Origin: Geotalea uraniireducens Rf4
Lineage (GTDB): Bacteria; Desulfobacterota; Desulfuromonadia; Geobacterales; Geobacteraceae
Direction: 5' to 3'
Assembly (NCBI RefSeq): GCF_000016745.1
Contig: NC_009483.1
Location: forward strand, 1,650,001-1,682,000
Length of the DNA stretch: 32,000 nt
A program made the position numbers and the translations under genes. How positions within the stretch are numbered: position 1 is the stretch's first letter; the number at the start of each line of letters is the position of its first letter. The notes beneath the pieces are model-generated. The model saw nothing but the letters and a program-made list of their open reading frames with translations, was not told the DNA's origin and ran no database searches. This document shows positions 17,030 through 24,694 of this stretch, piece after piece.

Positions 17030-17152
17030 ATGCTTTACAACCTGTGCCTTCATTTTAACGGAATGTATTTAACTGCAGCGATTACGTTGGCAGCAGCTTT
17101 TGTTCTTATTTCAATTATAAAGGAGAAAAAAGATGAGCGAAAAAGAGCTTGA
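17030..17152 (+). CDS. Unannotated 40-codon membrane mini-protein
   Basis: Not in the ORF track because it is under 60 aa. AAGGAGG lies 5 nt upstream of the ATG at 17030. Translation is MLYNLCLHFNGMYLTAAITLAAAFVLISIIKEKKDERKRA, one TM helix with a basic tail. Its end overlaps the next ORF by 20 nt. Confidence 0.45.
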   Translation: MLYNLCLHFNGMYLTAAITLAAAFVLISIIKEKKDERKRA

Positions 17153-17384
17153 ACTATTGGCAAGAATAGAAGATCTGGAGCGGCACACCTGGCGTAACAG
17201 CGCTATCCTGAGGGCCGTCGCAATGGTTGCTTTTACCGCTTTTTTCGGCATTATCATCGCCTCCGGCGTTGTCGGCGGCGGTCGCGGCAGCCACTGGTCG
17301 GGGCCGGCCTGGAACACCATGTGGCTCTATGGCCTCTTTGCTGCGAATGCGGTGTCGATGTTCTGGACCACGCATAAAGAGTAG
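17133..17384 (+). CDS. Small membrane protein (83 aa), unknown family
   Basis: AAAGGAG lies 7 nt upstream. An N-terminal charged helix is followed by two hydrophobic segments (AVAMVAFTAFFGIIIASGVV and MWLYGLFAANAVSMFW). Confidence 0.6.
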   Translation: MSEKELELLARIEDLERHTWRNSAILRAVAMVAFTAFFGIIIASGVVGGGRGSHWSGPAWNTMWLYGLFAANAVSMFWTTHKE

Positions 17385-17469
17385 GGGCCGGCCCAAGTGC
17401 CCGCCCGGATACCGGCATCCAGACAGTGATGCCCCCTACCGAATTGAACTTTAACTGGAGGATAGAACA

Positions 17470-18519
17470 ATGCCAATGAAATTTACAAATATAGTTCTGC
17501 TGCTGGTCGTGGTAACGCTCTGTGCCGCGTTTTCCATGCGCATTTTTCAGGGCCTGGACGAGATGATGGGGGACCAATACTGGGTTGTCGATACCACCCA
17601 GGGAGATCATGGCTGGTATGCCATGGGACTCCTTCCTCATGTGACGAAGGTGGCCAAGGATGTGGTCAAGGCCGCGAACACCGACCCCACAATTAAAGAA
17701 AAGTACATCATTTATGCACAGAGCGGCGACTTTGCCGGTAACTCCGTGTACGGCATCTGTTTCGGCATTCCGCTCATCATGTACCTGATCTGGTTCGCCT
17801 TCATCCTCGGCTTCCCCGACCGGGTCGATCCTTACCTGCTGCCGAGAAGGATCTTCACCATTGCCGCGGTCATCATCTGTTCGGTTCTGGTCAACCTCTT
17901 CCTGATGAGAATCGCTGCAGACTTTGCCCGCGACCCGATGGCCCGCATCGCCAATGTTGCAGGCAACCACTCATCGCTTCTTTTCCACAACGCAGGCATC
18001 TGGTTCGCCATTCTTTTCTCGGCTCTCGGCACTCATAACCACAGCGCCCAGGAATCCGCCGCACCCGATAGCCGCAACTGGCAGACCCAGGCCAACGAGA
18101 AGTTCTCCTGGATGTTTACCCTGCTGGCAGCAGTGACTGTGCTGGAAGTGGCTCTGGTGAGTAACAAGCTGGCTCTGCCGGACGCAGCCGTCGACTATTC
18201 CGTCTGGATCATCTGGGTGGTCATCTTCATGCGCATGTACGGCTTCTCTCCCAAATACTGGATGAAGCGTGGTCGCGGCATCGCCATCATGGTCGTCGGC
18301 ACCATCCTCACCCTCCCTGTTTTCTACCTGCTGGAGAGGGCAACCGGCACGCTCGGCGCCGGCTTTGCCTCACCGATCCTGACCAAGGCGCTTGGGCCCG
18401 AGAACGCCAATATCGGCCTCTCTCTCATGGTTTCCATCTACCTCATCTTCTGGATGGAGTTTGCCACGGCAATCAGGATGAACGGCCCGGCCAAGGCAGC
18501 GGCGGTGGAGAAGCATTGA
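17470..18519 (+). CDS. Polytopic membrane protein (349 aa, about 8 TM), unknown family
   Basis: GGAGGA lies upstream. There are multiple long hydrophobic segments and a roughly 75-aa loop after TM1. I recognise no motif. Confidence 0.8.
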   Translation: MPMKFTNIVLLLVVVTLCAAFSMRIFQGLDEMMGDQYWVVDTTQGDHGWYAMGLLPHVTKVAKDVVKAANTDPTIKEKYIIYAQSGDFAGNSVYGICFGIPLIMYLIWFAFILGFPDRVDPYLLPRRIFTIAAVIICSVLVNLFLMRIAADFARDPMARIANVAGNHSSLLFHNAGIWFAILFSALGTHNHSAQESAAPDSRNWQTQANEKFSWMFTLLAAVTVLEVALVSNKLALPDAAVDYSVWIIWVVIFMRMYGFSPKYWMKRGRGIAIMVVGTILTLPVFYLLERATGTLGAGFASPILTKALGPENANIGLSLMVSIYLIFWMEFATAIRMNGPAKAAAVEKH

Positions 18520-18524
18520 CGGCG

Positions 18525-18552
18525 GTCGATGGTCGATAGTCGATAGTCGATG
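18525..18552 (+). repeat. Four tandem 7-bp repeats GTCGAT(G/A)
   Basis: GTCGATG GTCGATA GTCGATA GTCGATG, starting 6 nt after the stop codon at 18517-18519. Confidence 0.8.
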
Positions 18553-18559
18553 GTAAAAA

Positions 18560-18590
18560 ACGGCAGCGAGAGATCGCTGTCGTTTTTTTT
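18560..18590 (+). terminator. Rho-independent terminator of the sigma-54 operon
   Basis: ACGGCAGCGA gaga TCGCTGTCGT followed by T8. An A6 run precedes the stem. Confidence 0.8.
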
Positions 18591-18652
18591 GTCTTGATTT
18601 GGATAGCTGAAAAATCTTGCCAGGGTTATGCTGCATCTGATATCACAGCAGC

Positions 18653-19426
18653 ATGAAGTCTCCCGAATTTATCGTCTCAGCATGGCTCTTTCCCGTCCTT
18701 TTCCTTACCGGCATGTTCGCCGGCCTGGTCGATTCCATTGCCGGCGGCGGAGGGCTCATTACCATCCCGGTATTGCTCGGTCTCGGCATGCCGCCACAGT
18801 ACGCCCTCGGCACCAACAAGCTGCAGTCAACCTTCGGCTCTGCCAGCGCCATGGCCCACTTTGCCCATGCGGGGGTCATCAGCCTGAAGGAAAGTCTGGC
18901 CGGCGTTGTCTGGACCGCCTGCGGCGCCGGTCTCGGCGCTTATACGGTGCAGCTCCTTGATCCCGGTTTCCTGCGACGGGTAATTCCCTATCTGCTGCTG
19001 GCCATAGCCCTCTATACCCTCCTTTCTCCCAGATTGGGGCATGAAGACGTTCATCCGCGCCTGGAGCGCAAGGTCTTTTACCTCTTTTTCGGCCTTCTGC
19101 TCGGTTTCTACGATGGGTTTCTCGGCCCGGGAACCGGCTCTTTCTGGGTTATCGCCCTGATGCTCGGTCTCGGCCACAACATGAAAAAGGCCACCGGCTA
19201 CACAAAGCTGATGAATTTCATCAGCAACATTGTTTCCCTGGTCGTGTTCGTTGCCGGGGGGCATGTCTATTACGGGGCAGGTCTTGCCATGGGGGTGGGG
19301 CAGGCTGTTGGGGCCAGGGTAGGATCAAGGCTGGTCCTGGCAAGGGGGGCTCGCTTTGTCCGGCCGATTTTTATAGCGGCGGTGTTTGCAGTAACTGCCA
19401 AGCTACTGTATGAGAACTACCGTTGA
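18653..19426 (+). CDS. TauE/SafE (DUF81) family anion/sulfite exporter-like permease
   Basis: 257 aa, hydrophobic throughout. VDSIAGGGGLITIPVLL and the repeated G-rich TM pattern are typical of TauE/SafE. Confidence 0.88.
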   Translation: MKSPEFIVSAWLFPVLFLTGMFAGLVDSIAGGGGLITIPVLLGLGMPPQYALGTNKLQSTFGSASAMAHFAHAGVISLKESLAGVVWTACGAGLGAYTVQLLDPGFLRRVIPYLLLAIALYTLLSPRLGHEDVHPRLERKVFYLFFGLLLGFYDGFLGPGTGSFWVIALMLGLGHNMKKATGYTKLMNFISNIVSLVVFVAGGHVYYGAGLAMGVGQAVGARVGSRLVLARGARFVRPIFIAAVFAVTAKLLYENYR

Positions 19427-19440
19427 ATAACTGCAACGCA

Positions 19441-19465
19441 AAAGGGGCCGTAAAAGGGCCCCTTT
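19441..19465. terminator. Bidirectional terminator hairpin between convergent genes
   Basis: AAAGGGGCC gtaaaag GGCCCCTTT, with T-rich sequence following on both strands. It lies between the TauE stop (19426) and the cytochrome stop (19492). Confidence 0.75.
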
Positions 19466-19491
19466 GTTCTGACCGTATGAGGTGATGATAT

Positions 19492-19812
19492 TCAGGGCTT
19501 GTGGTGGCAGCGGGTGCAGTTGTCCTTGATCTGGAAAGCCTTTTCTCCGTTGTGGCATCTGCCGCAATACTTGCCTGCATAGAGATCATTCATGGTTATC
19601 TTTACCCCCCCTTTTTTCATCTCCGGGAAGATGACGGGGTTATGGCAATCTTTGCAGGTCAGCCCGGCATTTTTGTGCGTTTGGCCATCGAAAACAACGG
19701 CCCCCATCGGGCTCCCGCTATATTCCAGTTTTTTGTCGGCTTGCACGGCAAGGGCAGCGCCGCTAAAAGAGAATGCCAGGATAACGCCAAACATGAATGT
19801 TTTCGTTTTCAT
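19492..19812 (-). CDS. Periplasmic trihaem c-type cytochrome (c7/c3-like)
   Basis: Signal peptide MKTKTFMFGVILAFSFSGAALA. Three CXXCH motifs (CKDCH, CGRCH, CTRCH) lie in about 84 mature residues. Confidence 0.9.
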   Translation of the reverse strand: MKTKTFMFGVILAFSFSGAALAVQADKKLEYSGSPMGAVVFDGQTHKNAGLTCKDCHNPVIFPEMKKGGVKITMNDLYAGKYCGRCHNGEKAFQIKDNCTRCHHKP

Positions 19813-19897
19813 CGTTCATTTCTCCTTTGCGTGAAGACGTTAGAGCAATGTAATATGTCTCAACTATGCCAGCATATCCGGCAATGTCAAGAACAGG

Positions 19898-20569
19898 TCA
19901 GGCATCGCCGTTTACCTCGCCCGGCTCTACTCGCGTTTCCAGTGCTTCCAGTTCCCCTTCCAGGTGGGAGATCAGGTTTACTACCTGTTCCCGGTAAGAG
20001 GAGGGCACATCCGGTACGCTGCGCAAAGCAGTATCCAATCGCCGGGCTGCGGCCAGGCTTGCCTTGACAGGGACCAGCGGGTCGGCTTTTTCCTCGCCAT
20101 GGGCGGCGGCAACTTCCTTGAACCGTTTCAATACCGTTGGGTGGCTCCGTTCCTCCTCCACCACGCTTTTGCGCAGTTCGGCGTACTCCTCATCGGAAAA
20201 CCGTTTCTCCTCCATGGCCTGGCGGAGCAGGTCCACGGAACGATAGTCAGGCAGCGGCTTCAGCTCGTCACGCCGCGCCAGCAGTTCCGGCTCCTGTTTC
20301 TCCATGTAGCGGTAGGCGAGGGTGAGCTTTTCCGCCGTCCCTTTCTTGATGCGGATCTCCTGCACGCAGTACTCTTCGAAACTCTGGTAGCCCCATTCCC
20401 GGAAGTGGCCGCGTGAGCTCACCTGCAACAGCTTGTCTCCCAGTTCCACCCAGGATGATTTGAAACGCTTTGCGGTGTCGAGCACCTGGTAGCGCTCCGA
20501 GTCCGGCTCAAGCTGCTCCATGATCTTCTCGATATGTCGTTCGCCGCTGGATTGTGGTGTGTCGGTCAT
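19898..20569 (-). CDS. Conserved hypothetical protein (223 aa)
   Basis: I chose the start MTDTPQSSGERH at 20569, because the upstream 66 codons of the track ORF overlap the divergent promoter region. The protein is acidic and helical (FREWGYQSFEEYCVQEIRIKKGTAEKL, possibly HTH-like). I cannot name a family. Confidence 0.65.
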   Translation of the reverse strand: MTDTPQSSGERHIEKIMEQLEPDSERYQVLDTAKRFKSSWVELGDKLLQVSSRGHFREWGYQSFEEYCVQEIRIKKGTAEKLTLAYRYMEKQEPELLARRDELKPLPDYRSVDLLRQAMEEKRFSDEEYAELRKSVVEEERSHPTVLKRFKEVAAAHGEEKADPLVPVKASLAAARRLDTALRSVPDVPSSYREQVVNLISHLEGELEALETRVEPGEVNGDA

Positions 20570-20703
20570 GGTCTGCACTCTCCTCGTATTGTCTAGAAGG
20601 CAACTTATCAGAATGAAGCATGTTTTTGAAGTTTTTTTCACTTGGCTGGGTGAACGGTTCGGAGTACTATTCATAGCCGAATTGCGGTTTGAAAGGATAT
20701 GGC

Positions 20704-21909
20704 ATGCAGCAGGAACAAAGGACGGTCGGCTCGGAAACGGTGCGGATGATTGAATTGGGTCATCCATGGATCATCGCCGATAACCATACCAGGAAATGGC
20801 CGGCAGGCAAGGCCGGTGATGTTGTAGAACTGGCCGATGGCAACGGGCGTTTTATCGCCACTGCGCTTCTTGACCCCGATGATCGGATCGTGGCGCGGGT
20901 GCTCTCACGGGAACGGATGCGTCCGGACAGGACATGGCTTTCAAGACGCCTGCAAACGGCCATTCAGCTGCGCCGGAGCCATGCCGATCTGGCAGATACG
21001 AGCGCCTACCGCCTGGTCAATGGCGAGGGGGATGGTCTTCCCGGCCTGACGGTGGACTGCTATGGCGAGTATCTCATGGTGCAGCTCTACAGCGTGGGCT
21101 GGCGTCCTCATCTGAAGGCCGTGACCCAGGTTTTGCAGGAACTGCTGCACCCTGCGGGGATCTACGAGAAGTCCCGGCCGCAGAAGACCAGGGAGCTTGA
21201 GGCGGTGAGCGATACGAAAAGCTATGGACGCTTGCTGGCAGGCGCCCCTGCGCAGCAACCCCTGCAAGTGCAGGAAAACGGCCTGAACTTCCTGGTCAGC
21301 TTGGAGCAGGGGCTGAACACCGGCCTGTTTCTGGACCAGCGCAAGAACCGCCGCGACCTGATGGCCCGCGTTCATGGAAAACGGGTGCTCAACCTGTTCG
21401 CCTACACCGCCGCTTTTTCCGTGGCGGCAGCGGCGGCAGGGGCAAGCCTCGTCACCAGTGTCGACGCCTCGTCCAGCTACCTGGAGTGGGGCAAGGCGAA
21501 CTTCGGCGCCAACCGGCTCAATCCAAAACGCCACGAATTCATCGTCGGCGACTGTCTGAACGTGATGCAGGAGCTGGCAAGGCAAGGAAAGGTCTACGAC
21601 ATCATTATCATGGACCCGCCGTCGTTTTCCACCACCGCCAGGAGCCGATTCACCACCCGCGGCGGCACAGCGGACCTGGTGGCAGCGGCGCTTCCCCTGT
21701 TGCAGGCGGGAGGCCTGTTGATCACCTCTTCCAACCACCAGAAGATCGATGTGGCCGATTACCTCAAGGAGCTGCGCCGCGGCGCCCTCCAGGCGGGGAA
21801 CGAGCTGCGCGTCATCTCCCTTGCCGGCCAGCCGGAGGATTTCCCCTATCCGGTCACGTTTCCCGAGGGGCGCTACCTGAAGTACGCGGTGAGTGTTAAA
21901 GCAGAGTGA
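20704..21909 (+). CDS. rlmI: PUA-domain class I SAM-dependent rRNA methyltransferase (RlmI-like)
   Basis: GHPWI...GDVVEL at the N-terminus is PUA-like. GLFLDQRKNR, VLNLFAYTAAFSVAAA and IIMDPPSF are the RlmI/YccW-type methyltransferase motifs. AAAGGA lies upstream of the ATG at 20704. Confidence 0.82.
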   Translation: MQQEQRTVGSETVRMIELGHPWIIADNHTRKWPAGKAGDVVELADGNGRFIATALLDPDDRIVARVLSRERMRPDRTWLSRRLQTAIQLRRSHADLADTSAYRLVNGEGDGLPGLTVDCYGEYLMVQLYSVGWRPHLKAVTQVLQELLHPAGIYEKSRPQKTRELEAVSDTKSYGRLLAGAPAQQPLQVQENGLNFLVSLEQGLNTGLFLDQRKNRRDLMARVHGKRVLNLFAYTAAFSVAAAAAGASLVTSVDASSSYLEWGKANFGANRLNPKRHEFIVGDCLNVMQELARQGKVYDIIIMDPPSFSTTARSRFTTRGGTADLVAAALPLLQAGGLLITSSNHQKIDVADYLKELRRGALQAGNELRVISLAGQPEDFPYPVTFPEGRYLKYAVSVKAE

Positions 21910-21936
21910 AGAGTCAAAGTAAGGAAGGAGTTTAGT

Positions 21937-22140
21937 ATGGAAACACGTCTGACCGATATGGAAACCCTCCTGATGCACCAGGAGAATACCATCCAGCAGC
22001 TCAATGAAGTGGTAAGGGAACAGCAGCGGATGATCGACGGCCTGCGCGCCGAGGTACAGCAGATCAAGGAGCATCTACAGGCCCTTTCTCCGTCTGTCAA
22101 CAGACTTCCGTCGGAAGAGGAGCCGCCGCCACATTACTGA
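21937..22140 (+). CDS. slyX: SlyX family protein
   Basis: 67 aa coiled coil: RLTDMETLLMHQENTIQQLNEVV..QQ..I..L, ending in PPPHY as in SlyX. A strong SD (AAGGAAGGAG) is present. Confidence 0.85.
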   Translation: METRLTDMETLLMHQENTIQQLNEVVREQQRMIDGLRAEVQQIKEHLQALSPSVNRLPSEEEPPPHY

Positions 22141-22176
22141 GTAGGTTCAAGGCACAAACCAAGGAATAAAACCATC

Positions 22177-22480
22177 GAACCGCAAAGCCGCCAAGTACGC
22201 AAAGTAAAATCAACAAAGGTTCTTTTGTAACAAAGCTGAATCTTTGCAAACCCTATTGAATCAAACCCTGATCCATAACGCAGAGACGCCGAGCCGCAGA
22301 GAAAAAAAGCTCTAAAAAACAAGCCGTTGATCTTCTTTGCGGCTCTGCGTCTCTGCGTTAAATTTATGTTTTCTGGACTTTCAACTTAAATACGATTGAA
22401 CCTAAGCAAAGCGTGTAATTGTGCGGAAACAAACCATGCAAAGTAATGTTTTCTTCGCGCTCTTTGCGCCTTTGCGGTTC
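22177..22480. repeat. Nested palindromic CAAAG/CTTTG-rich repeat region
   Basis: Outer arms are GAACCGCAAAGCCGCC (22177-) and GCGCCTTTGCGGTTC (-22480). The inner hairpin at 22278-22359 pairs AACGCAGAGACGCCGAGCCGCAGAGAA with TTCTTTGCGGCTCTGCGTCTCTGCGTT. Confidence 0.6.
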
Positions 22481-22499
22481 AAAGATTAAAGGAGGCTTT

Positions 22500-23450
22500 A
22501 TGAAGAAGGTAACACTCGGCAATACCGGCTTGAGCATAAATCCGCTCGTTTTCGGCACCCTGCCGCTCGGACCGCTCCAGGCGGGCTTGACCCCGGAAGA
22601 AGGGGGGAGGCTGATCCGTTACGCCCTGGAGCAGGGGGTGAACATGCTGGACACGGCCGAGCTCTATCAGACCTATCCCCACATCCGCGCAGCCCTGAAC
22701 GGTTATAAGGGGGAGGTGCACATCGTCAGCAAGACCCATGCGCCGGACGTGGCGCAGGCACGGGCCCACGTGGAACGCGGCCTCAGGGAGCTGGGGATAG
22801 AGCGCTTCGATATTGTCCACCTCCATGGCGCGCGGATAGCCGATCCATTCGTTGAGCGGAAAGAGGTGCTGGATGAACTGCTCCGGATGAAGGAGGAAGG
22901 AAAGATCGCCCATGTGGGGCTCTCTTCCCACTACATCTCAGCCATGCGCAAGGCCGTCTCCCACCCGGAGATAGAGGTCGTCCATCCTCTCATCAACCGG
23001 ACCGGGATGGGGATACTGGACGGGACTGCTCTGGAAATGGCGGAGGCCATCGCGGCCAACGGCCGGAGCGGCAAGGGGGTCTACGCCATGAAGGCCCTGG
23101 CGGGAGGCAATCTCATCTCCGAGGCGCGCGCCAGCATCCGTTATGTGCTCGGCTTGGCCGGGGTTGACGGGGTGGCGATCGGCATGCTGTCCGAGGCGGA
23201 GATCGATGCCAACCTGGCGCTCTTCTGTGACGGAGTGGCGGATGAAACGGTCTGGACGGGGCTTGAGAGCAAGCGGCGCAAGCTCAGGATCATGACCCGG
23301 TTCTGCAAGGGGTGCGGTAAGTGTCTTGATGCCTGTGCCAGCAGCGCCCTCTCGGTGGTGGACGGCCATGCGCAGGTGGATGAGGAGGCCTGCATCCTCT
23401 GCGGCTACTGCGCCGCTTCCTGCCCTGAGTTTATTATCAGGGTGGTGTAA
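22500..23450 (+). CDS. Aldo/keto reductase fused to a C-terminal 2x[4Fe-4S] ferredoxin domain
   Basis: AAAGGAGG lies upstream of the ATG at 22500. MKKVTLGNTGLSINPLVFGT...DTAELY is the AKR N-terminus. The C-terminus has CKGCGKCLDAC and CILCGYCAASCP. Confidence 0.9.
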   Translation: MKKVTLGNTGLSINPLVFGTLPLGPLQAGLTPEEGGRLIRYALEQGVNMLDTAELYQTYPHIRAALNGYKGEVHIVSKTHAPDVAQARAHVERGLRELGIERFDIVHLHGARIADPFVERKEVLDELLRMKEEGKIAHVGLSSHYISAMRKAVSHPEIEVVHPLINRTGMGILDGTALEMAEAIAANGRSGKGVYAMKALAGGNLISEARASIRYVLGLAGVDGVAIGMLSEAEIDANLALFCDGVADETVWTGLESKRRKLRIMTRFCKGCGKCLDACASSALSVVDGHAQVDEEACILCGYCAASCPEFIIRVV

Positions 23451-23530
23451 GGGGGAAACGACCCCTAATCCCTTTGTCTCAAGATTTCCGTTTCTTCAGT
23501 TTCACAGACTGCCATTGAACAGGCCGGTAG

Positions 23531-23623
23531 CGACTATCTGAATTGCATCAGGAAGAGCTACTGGCCGACTGGAAGCTCGTGATGAACGGAGAAGAACCAT
23601 TCAAGATTCAACCTCTTCAGTAA
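23531..23623 (+). pseudogene. 3' remnant of a DUF4160-family gene (N-terminus missing)
   Basis: Hand translation gives RLSELHQEELLADWKLVMNGEEPFKIQPLQ*. From memory this matches the conserved C-terminal tail of DUF4160 proteins (..H.EEL...W......G.....I.PL). It is preceded in frame by TAG and TGA, with no start codon. Its stop overlaps the SD of the DUF2442 gene, the usual partner. Confidence 0.5.
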
Positions 23624-23634
23624 GGAGTGAGACC

Positions 23635-23880
23635 ATGTATCCTTCGGTAAAAGAAGTTGTTCCCGGCGATGACTATATCATTTCCGTTGTGTTCGATAAT
23701 GGTGAGTGCGGCACTCTTGACATGAAACCACTCCTTGATTTTGGTGTATTTCAGTGGATCAAGGACTATGATGCTTTCAAACGGGTTCGTGTTGCGTTCG
23801 ATACCATCGAATGGGATTGCAGGGTTGATCTTGACCCTGAGTATGTCTATGCAAGATGCAAGGCGGGTAAAGCCGCATAA
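23635..23880 (+). CDS. DUF2442 domain protein
   Basis: 81 aa. VKEVVPGDDYIISVVFDNGECGTLDMKPLL...FDTIEW..RVDLDPEYVY is the typical DUF2442 pattern. AAGGAG SD upstream. Confidence 0.8.
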   Translation: MYPSVKEVVPGDDYIISVVFDNGECGTLDMKPLLDFGVFQWIKDYDAFKRVRVAFDTIEWDCRVDLDPEYVYARCKAGKAA

Positions 23881-23959
23881 CGAGCGAATAAACGCTGACT
23901 TCGCTGCGTTTCGCAGGTTATCCGCCGCACCGTTTGCAGATTTATATACAGGAGGAAAC

Positions 23960-24556
23960 ATGAAATTTTTACAAAGATTTGGGATGTTTTGCTCTATCTT
24001 GATTATTACTTCCTGTGCCTCTTTGCAACCGCATTTGCCAGAGGTTCAAATCCCCCCGGAACGGATATCGCAGAAGGGCTATTCGCTTGTGCCATTAAAT
24101 GAAAAAGGGTGGCTGATTGCTGGTCGCAATGCGTACCAATTAGCTCTTGTAAAGCGAGGCGAGAATCCGGATGAAACATTTGCTATTCAGGCGATACCTT
24201 TTAGGTTGCCCACGTTCAAAACGCACGAAGAATTTGTCCGCCTAATTGAGGAGGGTCAATCTAAAGATACTGATCCACAGCGTTTCAATATAGTGAAGCA
24301 AGAAGTTACTGGCTACCTGATGAAAGGGACTGACTGCGTTAAGTCTCATATGATAACCGAGGACCTCGCAGCTGTTAAGATTTCAGGCAAGTCCGGAAAT
24401 ATGCTACTTGAGGCGCTGACGCTTACATGCGCACATCCCAAGGACAACAGCGTTGGAATCAGCGTTATATATTCACAGCGGTATTATCCAGGGCAGAGGG
24501 ATACGGCATTTGTTGAAAAGGCAATGAGTGTCCTTAATCAAAGTCGAGCTTACTGA
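23960..24556 (+). CDS. Uncharacterised lipoprotein (198 aa)
   Basis: AGGAGGAAAC then ATG. MKFLQRFGMFCSILIITSCASL has the lipobox ITSC. The upstream 75 codons of the track ORF overlap the DUF2442 gene and are unlikely to be translated. Confidence 0.65.
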   Translation: MKFLQRFGMFCSILIITSCASLQPHLPEVQIPPERISQKGYSLVPLNEKGWLIAGRNAYQLALVKRGENPDETFAIQAIPFRLPTFKTHEEFVRLIEEGQSKDTDPQRFNIVKQEVTGYLMKGTDCVKSHMITEDLAAVKISGKSGNMLLEALTLTCAHPKDNSVGISVIYSQRYYPGQRDTAFVEKAMSVLNQSRAY

Positions 24557-24694
24557 TTTCTAGGCCGATATGGCATACCCAGGGCGTAGTGCCGGGGCCG
24601 CAAACAACGCGGCCTTGCACACTCCCTAGACTGTTCGCTAAGACGCAATTGACAATTGTCAGTTGAGTGCCCCCCTCAGATGACCTTCATGTGC

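Noticed and set aside
24645-24664. Palindrome CAATTGACA-AT-TGTCAGTTG ending in GTTGAGT, as another attC site
   Set aside because: At about 20 bp it is far too short for an attC. No matching inner core (ACTCAAC) lies nearby. It is more likely a small hairpin after mqsA.
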